Assembly (NCBI GenBank): GCA_951812955.1
Contig: OX638340.1
Location: 3,392,001-3,456,000 of the forward strand
Length of the DNA: 64,000 bases
Reading direction: 5' to 3'
Source of the DNA: an uncultured Gemmatimonadota bacterium
Lineage (GTDB): Bacteria > JAAXHH01
Below the pieces are notes generated by a model, which saw only the letters and a program-made list of their open reading frames with translations, was not told the DNA's origin and made no database searches. Positions within the stretch are counted from its first letter, which is position 1. Each line of letters opens with the position of its first letter. This document shows, one piece after another, positions 37,450-47,290 of the stretch. A program made the position numbers and the translations under genes.

Positions 37450-37503
37450 AGCGCTGATTGGTAAAACCGGCATTCTGAAGATACGTTCGCCTGGGAGTAC
37501 AGC

Positions 37504-37665
37504 ATGGCCAAGAGCAAAAACCGTGACCTCGTAAAACTCAAGAGCACGGAAAGCGCGCATTGTTACTACACGAAGAAGAACCGGCGTAACACGACCGCCC
37601 GCGTGGAACTCAAGAAGTACGATCCCACGCTGCGGCGGCACGTCATGTACCGGGAGACGCGGTAA
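37504..37665 (+). CDS. rpmG: 50S ribosomal protein L33
   Basis: 53 aa, below the track cutoff. [53 protein letters not shown]. Confidence 0.9.
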   Translation: MAKSKNRDLVKLKSTESAHCYYTKKNRRNTTARVELKKYDPTLRRHVMYRETR

Positions 37666-37688
37666 CGGCGTTCCTGGAGGTTTATCCG

Positions 37689-37928
37689 ATGTCAAGAAAA
37701 TGCAAGTTGACCGGAAAAGGACCCCTGGTCGGCTACAACATTTCCCACGCACATAACAAGACCAAGCGGCGTCAGTATCCCAATCTCCAGCTGAAGCGTA
37801 TCTACGTGCCCGAACTGGGCCGGACGGTGCGCATCAAGATGTCCGTCAGCGCCCTGCGGACGGTCACGAAGATCGGGCTGATGCCTTTCCTGAAGAAACA
37901 GGGACTGCGGCTGCAGGACGTGCTGTAG
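37689..37928 (+). CDS. rpmB: 50S ribosomal protein L28
   Basis: [33 protein letters not shown]... is the L28 signature. Confidence 0.9.
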   Translation: MSRKCKLTGKGPLVGYNISHAHNKTKRRQYPNLQLKRIYVPELGRTVRIKMSVSALRTVTKIGLMPFLKKQGLRLQDVL

Positions 37929-37939
37929 AATCCGGTCTC

Positions 37940-38455
37940 ATGTCATCGAAAAGCGCTTCGTTCCACAAATCCCTCGCCGCCGAGCGCGGGCCTCTGGGCG
38001 TCGCCGTCGTAACGGTGAGCGATTCCCGCACGCCTGAAACCGATACCAACGGAAATTACCTCAAGGGGTGCATCGAAGAAGCGGGCCACCGGGTCGCCGG
38101 CTACCGGCTGATCCGGGACGAGCCGGACGAGGTGGCGGCCGCCCTTGAATCGTCGACCGGCGAGGACGTGCAGGTCGTGATATTCAACGGGGGCACCGGG
38201 ATCTCCCGGCGGGACCGGACCTTCGACGTGCTGGACCGCAAGCTGGAAAAGCCCCTTCCCGGATTCGGCGAGATCTTTCGCATGCTCAGTTACGAACAGG
38301 TCGGTTCCGCGGCCATGATGTCCCGCGCCACGGCAGGCGTGTACCGCAACACGGTGGTCATCTCCACGCCCGGCTCTCCCGCCGCGGTGAAACTCGCCTG
38401 GGAGAAACTGATCGCACCGGAAATCTCCCACATGGGCTGGGAACTGACCCGGTAG
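37940..38455 (+). CDS. Molybdenum cofactor biosynthesis protein B / MogA-family protein
   Basis: [10 protein letters not shown]...[16 protein letters not shown] is MoaB/MogA-fold. Confidence 0.8.
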   Translation: MSSKSASFHKSLAAERGPLGVAVVTVSDSRTPETDTNGNYLKGCIEEAGHRVAGYRLIRDEPDEVAAALESSTGEDVQVVIFNGGTGISRRDRTFDVLDRKLEKPLPGFGEIFRMLSYEQVGSAAMMSRATAGVYRNTVVISTPGSPAAVKLAWEKLIAPEISHMGWELTR

Positions 38456-38572
38456 TCGCCGCAAGCTTCCGCGGACCGGGAACCGAACTGGTGGTCTTCG
38501 ATGGCGGGAACCTGCCCCTTATCGCCGCGGATCGGATCATTTTAAAAGCCGTTTCTACCCACGGAGGTCTTC

Positions 38573-40051
38573 ATGCTTTCTCCGCACCAAGGCAACATAC
38601 TTGGGATCGCGCGCAAGGCGATCCTGCCCTTTTCTCTGTCTTTTATCCTGGCGGCTACACTGGCTGTCGCGCTGGCGATTTCAGCGATCTTCCCCCGCGA
38701 AGTCCGCGCCCAGACCCAGACCGAGGACGAGCAGACTGTCACTGCCATCTTCAATGAACGGTTGACGACAGGCGAGATGTACTACCTCCTCGAAGACCTG
38801 TGCAAGAGCATTGGACCGCGCCTGAGTGGTTCCGAAGGCGCAGAACGGGCCGTGGCATGGGCCAAAGAGGTGATGGAAGGCTACGGATTCGACCGCGTGT
38901 ACCTCCAGGAAGTCATGGTGCCCCATTGGGAACGGGGCGATCCGGAGCAGGTGCGGATCGTCGACGTCGAGGAAGGGATGATCGAGCTGCGTGCCCTGGC
39001 CATCGGCGGATCGGTGCCGACCGCGCCGACGGGGATCACGGCTCCGGTGGTCGTGGTCCACTCCATCGAAGAAGTGGAGGAACTCGGACGCGATGCCATT
39101 GAAGGGAAGATCGTTTTCTATAACCGTGCGTTCGACCAGACCGTGATCGGAACGGGAGCCGGATATGGCGGGGCGGTGGGACAGCGGTCCGCCGGTCCGT
39201 CCCAGGCTGCGAAGTATGGCGCCGTGGGCGTCGTAATCCGTTCGGTCGCCTCTAACTTCGACGACGCGCCCCACACCGGCGGCCTGCGTTATCTCGCGGA
39301 CGTGGAGCGCATCCCCGCCGCGGCGCTGGGTTTCCAGTCCGCCGACCGGCTGGTCCGAGTGCTAGAGGAGCAGCCCGACGCCCGGCTTTTCATGCATCTT
39401 TCCAGCAAGTGGCATCCCGACGCCCTGTCGCATAACGTGATCGGCGAGATCCGGGGCAGCGAACGGCCGGACGAGATCATCCTGGTGGGCGGCCACCTCG
39501 ATTCGTGGGACGTGGCCGAAGGCGCCCATGACGACGGCGCCGGCAGCGTCCACGCCATCGGCGTGCTGCGTACCTTCATGAAACTGGGCATACGGCCCCG
39601 GCACACCATCCGGGCCGTCCTGTTCATGAACGAGGAGAATGGTCTCCGCGGCGGCATCAAGTACGCCGAGGTGGCGAAGGAAACGGGTGAGAAGCACCTG
39701 ATCGCCCTGGAGAGCGACGCGGGCGGATTCAGTCCCAGGGGATTCGGCGCGTCCGTCGACGATGATGTCCTCGAACGGTTCCGCTCGTGGCTGCCCCTCT
39801 TTCCCCAGAACACGATCTCCTATATCAACAAGGGCGGTGGCGGGGCCGACATCGGTCCGCTACGACGGGAGACGGGCACGCCGACCATCGGATTCATCCC
39901 GGATTCGCAGCGGGCGTTCGACTACCACCACGCGCCCACCGACGTTTTCGAGGCGGTGAACCGCCGGGAACTGGAACTGGGTGGTGCGTCCATTGCCTCG
40001 CTCATCTACCTGATCGACAAGTACGGCCTCAAGGGCGAGATGGCCCAGTAA
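38573..40051 (+). CDS. M28-family zinc aminopeptidase with PA domain (secreted)
   Basis: Signal peptide. HLDSWD...HDDGAGS...FMNEENGLRGG metal-binding motifs of M28 peptidases. Confidence 0.8.
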   Translation: MLSPHQGNILGIARKAILPFSLSFILAATLAVALAISAIFPREVRAQTQTEDEQTVTAIFNERLTTGEMYYLLEDLCKSIGPRLSGSEGAERAVAWAKEVMEGYGFDRVYLQEVMVPHWERGDPEQVRIVDVEEGMIELRALAIGGSVPTAPTGITAPVVVVHSIEEVEELGRDAIEGKIVFYNRAFDQTVIGTGAGYGGAVGQRSAGPSQAAKYGAVGVVIRSVASNFDDAPHTGGLRYLADVERIPAAALGFQSADRLVRVLEEQPDARLFMHLSSKWHPDALSHNVIGEIRGSERPDEIILVGGHLDSWDVAEGAHDDGAGSVHAIGVLRTFMKLGIRPRHTIRAVLFMNEENGLRGGIKYAEVAKETGEKHLIALESDAGGFSPRGFGASVDDDVLERFRSWLPLFPQNTISYINKGGGGADIGPLRRETGTPTIGFIPDSQRAFDYHHAPTDVFEAVNRRELELGGASIASLIYLIDKYGLKGEMAQ

Positions 40052-40085
40052 GATGCCCGGTAGGAAGCCCGGTAGGAAGAGGGCG

Positions 40086-40676
40086 ATGAAGACTTTCCGG
40101 ATCCTCCTTTGCCTCCTGTTCGTTCCCGCGGTCGAGCCGGTTTTGGACCTAGTCCTGGGTCCGGCATCGGTCCTGGGTCCGGCCCCAGTATTGGGTCCGG
40201 TATCGGTCCTGGGTCCGGCCACTGCGCAGGCCCACGTGTTCTATGTGAGTATCGTCCGGGTCAAATGGAACGCGGAGGAAGCGCGTCTCGACGTGACCGT
40301 GCGGATTTTCACGGACGACCTGGAGGAGGCCATCCTGGCGGAAGGCGGCCCGCGACTGCGGCTCTGGACCGACCAGGCACGGGAAGACCGCGACCGGCAC
40401 GTTGCGGACTACCTGCTTTCCAGGATGGCCTTCCGTGTCAACGGCCAAGAGCGCGAGTTGGCCTATACCGGAATGGAGGACGCGCTTGACGCCACGGCCT
40501 GTCTGGTGCAGATTACGAATGTGGACCGGGTGGAAACGATCGAGGTCGAGAACCGGATCCTGATCGATATGTTCGACACACAGGCCAACGTGATGCGGTT
40601 CGAAGTCGGCGGCGAGAAGAAGTACGTAAACCTGGGCAAGGGAACCGTCAAGGGCCTGGTCCGCTTCGGTTCCTGA
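40086..40676 (+). CDS. DUF6702-like secreted protein (HupE-associated). Its signal-peptide region is expanded by 15-nt tandem repeats.
   Basis: HVFYVSIVRVKWN...VRIFTDDLEEAI conserved core. A GP(x)SVLGPA repeat run lies at about 40140-40210. The start is the Met of MKTFRILL; the track ORF begins at 40053. Confidence 0.5.
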   Translation: MKTFRILLCLLFVPAVEPVLDLVLGPASVLGPAPVLGPVSVLGPATAQAHVFYVSIVRVKWNAEEARLDVTVRIFTDDLEEAILAEGGPRLRLWTDQAREDRDRHVADYLLSRMAFRVNGQERELAYTGMEDALDATACLVQITNVDRVETIEVENRILIDMFDTQANVMRFEVGGEKKYVNLGKGTVKGLVRFGS

Positions 40677-40729
40677 GGATGTGGCACCGAGCCCTGTCGG
40701 CGGTCCGTCTATGGCGCCGGACGGAGCTC

Positions 40730-40862
40730 GAATGTGACCGATCCGCGTCGCCGGCTGGATCCCGAATGTGACCTATCTGCTGCGACGGCCGAACTTGATG
40801 TGACCGATCCGCGGGGCCGGCCGAATTCGAATGTGACCGGTCCGCGGCGATGGCCAGAATTA
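40730..40862. repeat. Tandem repeat, ~33-34 nt unit in 4 degenerate copies, intergenic upstream of hupE
   Basis: GAATGTGACC(G/T)ATCCGCG... cores begin at 40730, 40764, 40796 and 40829. Confidence 0.7.
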
Positions 40863-40872
40863 TGGCGGGAAG

Positions 40873-41445
40873 ATGTCTGAATTTCAAGTCTATCTGCAAA
40901 TCGGTTTCGACCATATATCGGACCTGAACGCCTACGATCACATCGTTTTCATCATCGCCCTGTGCGCCGCCTATCCGCTGAACCGGTGGCGCTCGGTGCT
41001 TCTGCTCGTTACGGCTTTCACGATCGGGCACTCGATCACCCTGGCGCTGGCCACGATGCGCGTCATACTGGTCCCATCGGACTTGGTCGAGACGCTGATC
41101 CTATTGACGATACTGGCGACCTGCCTGATGAACGTTTACCGGCCGTTCGAGGGCAAAATCGGCCGCAAGACAAGTTACGGACTGGCCCTGTTCTTCGGCC
41201 TGATCCACGGCCTGGGTTTCTCGAACTACCTGAGGGCGCTTCTCGGCATGGAGGAATCGATCATCGTGCCGCTCCTGTCCTTCAACATCGGGCTGGAACT
41301 GGGCCAGTTGATGATCGTGGGGCTCTTCACGGTCGCAGCCTTCGTGTTTCTCAGGGTGCTCGGAACGCCGCACCGACAATGGAACCTGTTCGTATCGGGC
41401 GCGGCCGCAGGTGTTTCAGCCATGTTGCTGTTGGGGGCGGGTTGA
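40873..41445 (+). CDS. HupE/UreJ-family membrane protein (probable Ni/Co transporter)
   Basis: 190 aa, 6 TM. Conserved GHSITLA and HGLGFS motifs. Confidence 0.8.
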   Translation: MSEFQVYLQIGFDHISDLNAYDHIVFIIALCAAYPLNRWRSVLLLVTAFTIGHSITLALATMRVILVPSDLVETLILLTILATCLMNVYRPFEGKIGRKTSYGLALFFGLIHGLGFSNYLRALLGMEESIIVPLLSFNIGLELGQLMIVGLFTVAAFVFLRVLGTPHRQWNLFVSGAAAGVSAMLLLGAG

Positions 41446-41646
41446 AAAGCTGCCGGGGCGGGTTGGCATAGGGGTTGAACATGGCGACGGGACTGGCCTG
41501 ATCCGCGGAGCGGTCGAACTGAACTGGGACAAGTTGTAGAGCTGCCGGGATGAGTTGCGCATGGCGCCGCCCGGGTCGGATCTGCATCGCATCAAGTAAG
41601 CGCTGCATCCGAAAGTCGAATCTCGTGATATGGAGGACGCACCATC

Positions 41647-42075
41647 GTGACGCTGGACACGACGATAGAAGAAGTGCTGGAAGACTTCGAATACCTGGAT
41701 GACTGGGAAGAACGCTACCAGGAAATCATCGACCTGGGCAGGAAGCTGCCGGTCCTGGACGATTCCTACAGGACGGAAGCGTACCGGGTCAAGGGATGCG
41801 TGAGCCAGGTCTGGTTCGTACCCCACGTCGCGGATACCCTGCCGCCCACCATCTCCTTCCAGGCCGACAGCGACGCCCATATAGTCCGCGGCCTCGTGGC
41901 CATCCTGCTCATGGTCTACTCGGGCAAGACCGCGCGCCAGATCCTGGAAGCCGATATCGAAGGCATCTTCAACAGGCTGGACCTCGCGTCCCACCTCAGC
42001 CCAAGCCGAAGCAATGGTTTCCGGTCCATGGTGAAGAAGATCCGGTCCATCGCGGACGCCGCAATGGCAAACTAG
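41647..42075 (+). CDS. sufE: Cysteine desulfuration protein SufE
   Basis: VKGCVSQVWFV... with the active Cys. GGAGG RBS. GTG start. Confidence 0.8.
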   Translation: MTLDTTIEEVLEDFEYLDDWEERYQEIIDLGRKLPVLDDSYRTEAYRVKGCVSQVWFVPHVADTLPPTISFQADSDAHIVRGLVAILLMVYSGKTARQILEADIEGIFNRLDLASHLSPSRSNGFRSMVKKIRSIADAAMAN

Positions 42076-42103
42076 CTCCTACCTGCCTGATCATCCCCTC
42101 ATC

Positions 42104-42262
42104 GGAACCGTCGCGGCCACTGACCACAGGACTCGATCACGGTTCCGTCGCGGCCACATGACTCGGTCACGGTTCCGTCGCGGCCACATGACTCGGGCAA
42201 GGTTTCGTCGCGGCCACAGGACTCGGGCAAGGTTCCATCGTGGCCACTCAACTCGGCCAATT
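42104..42262. repeat. Tandem repeat, 30-nt unit in about 5 copies, between convergent sufE and an aldo/keto reductase
   Basis: GGTTCCGTCGCGGCCACATGACTCGGTCAC-like units begin at 42104, 42141, 42171, 42201 and 42231. Confidence 0.8.
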
Positions 42263-42299
42263 TACAGTATTATCCACTCGACCCTGTCACGGTGCAGTC

Positions 42300-43250
42300 C
42301 TATCCACCCAATTCGGACACGAGCCCATCGAGTTGCGTTCGATGTTCGTCGGACAGTTCCCAACCCACTGAGTCGACGTTCTGCTCGACCTGGGCCGGTC
42401 GCGTTGCACCGCACAGGACCGACGTGATGCCGGGCTGCCGGGACGTCCAGTGGATGACGAGCTGGGCGAGGGATTTGCCATATTCATCCGCGATAGACTT
42501 CATTCGGCCGAGCATGTCGAGGGTTCGGGCCAGTTCCTCCCCCTGGAACCTGGGATCGTCGTTGCGTGAGTCGCCTTCCGGAAACCGGTGGCCCCTTCCG
42601 TATTTGCCTGTCAGCAGGCCCTTGTACAGCGGCCAGTAGGAGATCACCCCGATGTTGTTATCGCGGCAGTGGGGGAGAATCTGAGCCTCGATGTCGCGGA
42701 TGAGCATGTTGTAGGGCGGCTGATCCGAGTGCAGCGGCGCATGGCGTGCGAAGTCCTCCATTTGCGCCACGTCGTAATTGCTTACGCCAATCGCCCGGAT
42801 CTTGCCCTGTTCTTTCAGTTCGGCCAGGGTGACTGCCGTTTCCTCAAAGGGTGTGTTCTCGTCCGGCGCGTGCACCTGGTACAGGTCGATGTAGTCCGTA
42901 TTCAGACGTCGCAGACTCTCCTCGACCTGCTCCAGGACGCGTTTCCTGGAGCTGTCGCGCAGCAGCGTGGTGCCGTCCCAGTACAGTCCGCATTTCGTCG
43001 CAAGGACGATCTCGTCCCGTCGGCCTGAGATAGCCCGGCCTACCAGTCGTTCCGATTCGCCGCTGCGCCCGTACATGTAGGCGGTGTCGATGAGGGTTAT
43101 CCCGCCGTCCATGGCGCTTTCCAGCGCAGCCAGGGACGCGTTGTCGTCGATTCCGGTCCATCCGACGCCGGCCATAGGCCAGCAGCCCATGCCGATGACC
43201 GATACCGACAATCCCGATTCACCGAGCGCTCTGTATTCCATATTCGCCAT
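42300..43250 (-). CDS. Aldo/keto reductase family oxidoreductase
   Basis: MANMEYRALGESGLSVSVIGMGCW... with the AKR catalytic Tyr/Lys context. The track ORF 42300..43571 is an upstream extension. Confidence 0.8.
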   Translation of the reverse strand: MANMEYRALGESGLSVSVIGMGCWPMAGVGWTGIDDNASLAALESAMDGGITLIDTAYMYGRSGESERLVGRAISGRRDEIVLATKCGLYWDGTTLLRDSSRKRVLEQVEESLRRLNTDYIDLYQVHAPDENTPFEETAVTLAELKEQGKIRAIGVSNYDVAQMEDFARHAPLHSDQPPYNMLIRDIEAQILPHCRDNNIGVISYWPLYKGLLTGKYGRGHRFPEGDSRNDDPRFQGEELARTLDMLGRMKSIADEYGKSLAQLVIHWTSRQPGITSVLCGATRPAQVEQNVDSVGWELSDEHRTQLDGLVSELGG

Positions 43251-43411
43251 CCTTTGACGGAAGATCCGGGCACGTTCAGGTCCGTCCGGAGAAGGCCGGC
43301 GGACCGCCCGCGATCGATACGATTTCCAATTGACGAGGTGGGGCGGGAAACATATATTGAATGTAATTACGTGTTCCCGGTACGGTAGAATATACCACGT
43401 AACTTTTAAGC

Positions 43412-43472
43412 ATTCAATCGATATAGACCAGGAAACTGCAGCATAGACCAGGAAACTGCAGTATATACCAGG
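43412..43472. repeat. Tandem repeat, 20-21 nt unit in 3 copies, intergenic
   Basis: ATAGACCAGGAAACTGCAGC occurs twice, followed by a degenerate third copy. Confidence 0.6.
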
Positions 43473-43586
43473 AATAGGCAGTGACCGGCCTTCGGTTGCG
43501 CTCAATCGGTCGACCAGCCGGCAGTTAACTCCGGTAAATCCGAAAAATCTCATAAATCTCATAAATCCCATGGCAGGGAGGTAGAT

Positions 43587-44234
43587 ATGTTGAAAACCGG
43601 TTTAACCCTGATGGTCGCGATGGTTCTTGCGGCGTCTCCGGCAATGGCGGGTTCTCCGACGGTTACCGGCGATTACGTGGAAGTGCGCTCCAACCACATC
43701 CTGGGCGGCGGCTGCACCTATTCGGCGGAAGCCGGCGGCGATGCCAACCAGGCCGTCGTGGCGTGGCGCGTCCGTGACGGAGCGCTGGCCGATCTGTCCG
43801 TCGTTGCCGTCATTCTCGGGAAAGGCAACCTGCAACTCGGTCACCATGCACGCGAAACCGTGCTGCTGATCGACAGCCGGGCCACGCCGACCCAGCGCCA
43901 GGTCTTGAAGAGCACCTTCACGGCACGCTACGGCGAACTTTTCGGTACGGTGAAGACGGTGAAACCCACCGACATTTCCTTCCGCCACGACGGCGGGGAC
44001 ACCTACGCGGTTTCGGTGGACGGCCAGGTTCGCGTTTCTACCCGGACCATGGTTGCGACCGACCATGAGCCCAACTGCGACCGCATGGTTTGGTACGATC
44101 CCTTCACGAAGGACGCGTCGGCTTCGCTGGTCCAGACCGCGGCCCACGCATACAGCGGATCTGACCTGATCGCCACGTGGAGCATCCCGAACAAGCGCAG
44201 CGCTTACGTGGGAACCTTCTCCTTCACGCCGTAA
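43587..44234 (+). CDS. Hypothetical secreted protein
   Basis: Signal peptide MLKTGLTLMVAMVLAASPAMA. Strong RBS GGGAGGTAG. 215 aa. Confidence 0.6.
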   Translation: MLKTGLTLMVAMVLAASPAMAGSPTVTGDYVEVRSNHILGGGCTYSAEAGGDANQAVVAWRVRDGALADLSVVAVILGKGNLQLGHHARETVLLIDSRATPTQRQVLKSTFTARYGELFGTVKTVKPTDISFRHDGGDTYAVSVDGQVRVSTRTMVATDHEPNCDRMVWYDPFTKDASASLVQTAAHAYSGSDLIATWSIPNKRSAYVGTFSFTP

Positions 44235-44377
44235 ACTGAATCGGCGACCATGAACCAAGATAAGAAGCCGGCGAGGCGGTGTTCGTTCGCCGGCTTCTGT
44301 TATTTATCTACTTAGTCTCTTGATATCTATCTACTTAGTCTAAGGACGGAGAGCAGACCACGGCGCTCGGACTCCTA

Positions 44378-45214
44378 TTGCTGATCACCGCGACCGTCGT
44401 TACGTCGTGCTTCGGCCTGATTCTAAAATCCGCCCACCACAACGGACGAAATGCACTGGCGGTGGGCAGCCTGAATTACGGCGCGGGCGCCGTAATCTCC
44501 GGCCTGCTAATGCTCTTTGACACGGGCTGGGTCTGGCACGGGACCACCATACTGATCGGTGCGGCCAGCGGATTCTTCTATTTCGTAGCCTTCCGATTTC
44601 TGATCCAGGCGCTTCTGCAGGGCGGCGTCGCCGTTACCCTGGCGATCGTTCGCCTGTCCGTCCTGATCCCCATCCTCTGTTCCATCGTAATCTGGTATGA
44701 AGTCCCCAATCTGCCGCAGATTGCGGGAATCATCACGGTTTGCCTCGCACTGCCGCTCCTGACACTCGGCGTGGGCAGGCAGTCCGATCTGTCGCTGCGC
44801 GGCGTCGCCTGGCTGGTCGGAGCCCTCTTCATCACCACGGGATTCTGTCACCTGTCACCGAAGGTATTCAGCGAACTCGCGCCGCAGAGCCAGATGTCGC
44901 TCTACCTATTCTCACTCTTTGCCGTATCCGGATTCATGGGGCTGTGCTACATCTGGTACAAACCGATCCGGGTGCGACTGCCAGAAGTGTGGTGGAGCGG
45001 CATACTGGGCGCGTGCAACGTCGCGGGGACCTGGCTCCTCGTTCTCACGCTCAAGTTCCTCCCCGGTACCGTCGTCTTTCCTTTCGTCAGCGCGGTCGGC
45101 CTTGTCATCACCACGCTCGTGGCTATATTGTACTGGAAAGAACAGGTTCGCAGACTCGCCTACGTCGGCATCGGCCTGACCCTGTTAGCGGTCGTCCTTG
45201 TGAACAGCGGCTGA
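44378..45214 (+). CDS. EamA/DMT-superfamily membrane transporter
   Basis: 10-TM hydrophobic profile with a duplicated EamA-like architecture. TTG start. Confidence 0.6.
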   Translation: MLITATVVTSCFGLILKSAHHNGRNALAVGSLNYGAGAVISGLLMLFDTGWVWHGTTILIGAASGFFYFVAFRFLIQALLQGGVAVTLAIVRLSVLIPILCSIVIWYEVPNLPQIAGIITVCLALPLLTLGVGRQSDLSLRGVAWLVGALFITTGFCHLSPKVFSELAPQSQMSLYLFSLFAVSGFMGLCYIWYKPIRVRLPEVWWSGILGACNVAGTWLLVLTLKFLPGTVVFPFVSAVGLVITTLVAILYWKEQVRRLAYVGIGLTLLAVVLVNSG

Positions 45215-45242
45215 GGCAGGCGGCGATCCGTACGACTGACCG

Positions 45243-45345
45243 CGCGTCGGCGGCGAATCCGCGTTGATTACCGAGCGCGTTGGCGGCGAATCCGCGTCGA
45301 TTGGTGAGCGCGTCGGCGGCGAATCCGCGTTGATTTCCGAGCGCG
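45243..45345. repeat. Tandem repeat, 33-nt unit in 3 copies, intergenic upstream of the PfkB-SIS gene
   Basis: CGCGTCGGCGGCGAATCCGCGTTGATTACCGAG units at 45243, 45276 and 45309. An AT-rich promoter-like region follows. Confidence 0.8.
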
Positions 45346-45531
45346 GTCTGCTATATATGTAAAACACAATTTGAATGTTGATTCTTATTTTGATCAATGT
45401 TGACAATATAAAAATCCACGTTTCTAGATAAAGCGGCCACCCGCGTGTTACAACCGCGAGTATCGGGCGCAACTACGCAACACGGAGCGGAAGTACCACT
45501 CCCCCGCGCAGTGCCTTAGAGGTGATATTTC

Positions 45532-47271
45532 GTGATCCTGGACATTGACCGCACAGGCAGGATAGTGGGCATCGGCAGCAACGTCATGGACGTGATCTAT
45601 CGGGTAAACCGAATCGCGGGACCGGAGGAAAAAACCTATATCCTGCCGAATGAACATGGCGCGGTCGTGACCGAGGTAACAGGCGGCGTGACGCTGAACC
45701 ATCTGGCGTGGACGGCCCAGATGGGCGTCCCCGCCGGTCTTTTTGGATTTCAAGGGGACGACCGGTTCGGCGCTATGATCCGGGACGAAATGGACCGCCA
45801 CGGTATCGATCGGTCGGCCGTTCGGGTCCTCGAGGGCCGCGCATCCGGTTTTTCGGTGGTGAACGTGGCCGACGACGCGGACCGGGCAATTTACATGGCC
45901 CGCGCTCTGACGGCGGAGACCTCGGCTGCGGACGTAGAGACGTATTTTGCCGGGTACATTTGTTCCGCCGCGATGGTGACGACGGAAATATCCCAACTCC
46001 CGCTGGACGCCGTTATCGCGGTCCTGCGCATAGCCCGCGAGGCTGGCGTGCCGACCGTGCTGGACGTGGACGTCCCGCCGGAATTCGCCACCGAAGTGGC
46101 CGGACTCGGTTCCGCCGAAGATTTCGAAGAGGCCCTGCGTCTCGCCGACGTCGTGAAACCCGCCAAGGCCGCCGCATCGCAGATAGCAGCAGCCGAGAGT
46201 TCAGAGGAACGGGCCGAGCGTATTTTCAACCGGTACGGCGCCCGGCTGGTGGCCATCACCGAAGGGGCGCAAGGTTCGGTCGTCACCGACGGGAAGCAGA
46301 CGATCCGCACGCCTGCGAAACCCGTGGAAGCCCGGGACACCACCGGCGCGGGAGATGCCTTTCTGGGCGGCCTGATTGCGGGTATATACCACGGATTTGC
46401 GTTACAGGACATCGCATCGCTCGCCAATGCCTGCGGCGCTGTATGTTGCCGCATCCCGGGGGCCTTCCCGCAACTGGGTTCGAGCCGGGACGACGTTATC
46501 AGCCTGTACGAAGGCACTCCGATTCCTGCCGGGACCGCATCGGAATCGGTTGCAGGTCCGGAACCTGGGATCATCCCGGAGTCGGGGATCGTCCCGCAGT
46601 CGGAGATCGTCCCGCAGTCGGGGGTTGTGACCGAAAGCCTTGACGATTCCGGTTCAGCGACCGCGGGTGCAGCCGGCCTGAATGCCGTGCGGCGGACCGC
46701 TGCCGCCCTTTCCGGACTGTATGACGGCATGTCTGACACCTACTTTGACGAAGCCGTCGCGATTATCCGGAAGGCAGAAGCGGCCGGCGGGCGCGTACAC
46801 GTCACCGGTGTGGGGAAGTCCCGGCACATCGGCCACAAGCTGGCGGCCACGCTGCAGAGCACGGGAACGAAGGCGTATTTCCTCGATCCAGTCGACTGCA
46901 ACCACGGAGACAGTGGACAGGTAGCGGAAGGGGACGTGGTCGTCGCCCTGTCTCACAGCGGGGAGACGGAGGAACTGATGGCAGCCGTTGAAACCCTCGC
47001 CGCGATCGGTGCGATACTCATCGCAATCACCGGGCACGCCGCATCCAGTCTGGCCCGTTCGAGTGCGGCGACCCTGCACGTTCCCGTTGACCGCGAAGGC
47101 GGTCCCCTGGGACTCGCGCCGACCGTGAGCACGTCCTGCCAACTCGCCGTGGCCGACGGACTCGCCATGGCCCTGAAGGCCTGCCGTGGGTTTACCCGGG
47201 AAGACTTCGCCCGGTACCATCCCGGCGGGCGTATTGGAAGGCAACTGCGGGACAGTGAAGCCGAAAACTGA
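45532..47271 (+). CDS. Fusion protein: N-terminal PfkB-family carbohydrate kinase plus C-terminal SIS (KpsF/KdsD-like sugar-phosphate isomerase) domain
   Basis: PfkB motif DTTGAGDAF in the N-terminal half. SIS motif VTGVGKSRHIGHKLAATLQSTGT...ALSHSGETEEL in the C-terminal half. The linker carries 15-nt tandem repeats (PESGIVPQSEIVPQSGVV). GTG start with an AGGTGA RBS. Confidence 0.75.
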   Translation: MILDIDRTGRIVGIGSNVMDVIYRVNRIAGPEEKTYILPNEHGAVVTEVTGGVTLNHLAWTAQMGVPAGLFGFQGDDRFGAMIRDEMDRHGIDRSAVRVLEGRASGFSVVNVADDADRAIYMARALTAETSAADVETYFAGYICSAAMVTTEISQLPLDAVIAVLRIAREAGVPTVLDVDVPPEFATEVAGLGSAEDFEEALRLADVVKPAKAAASQIAAAESSEERAERIFNRYGARLVAITEGAQGSVVTDGKQTIRTPAKPVEARDTTGAGDAFLGGLIAGIYHGFALQDIASLANACGAVCCRIPGAFPQLGSSRDDVISLYEGTPIPAGTASESVAGPEPGIIPESGIVPQSEIVPQSGVVTESLDDSGSATAGAAGLNAVRRTAAALSGLYDGMSDTYFDEAVAIIRKAEAAGGRVHVTGVGKSRHIGHKLAATLQSTGTKAYFLDPVDCNHGDSGQVAEGDVVVALSHSGETEELMAAVETLAAIGAILIAITGHAASSLARSSAATLHVPVDREGGPLGLAPTVSTSCQLAVADGLAMALKACRGFTREDFARYHPGGRIGRQLRDSEAEN

Positions 47272-47290
47272 AGGTTCAGGAAGGAACGCC

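Noticed and set aside
42158-42427. 89-aa ORF (MTRSRFRRGH… repeated)
   Set aside because: It is an artefact of translating the 30-nt tandem repeat array.
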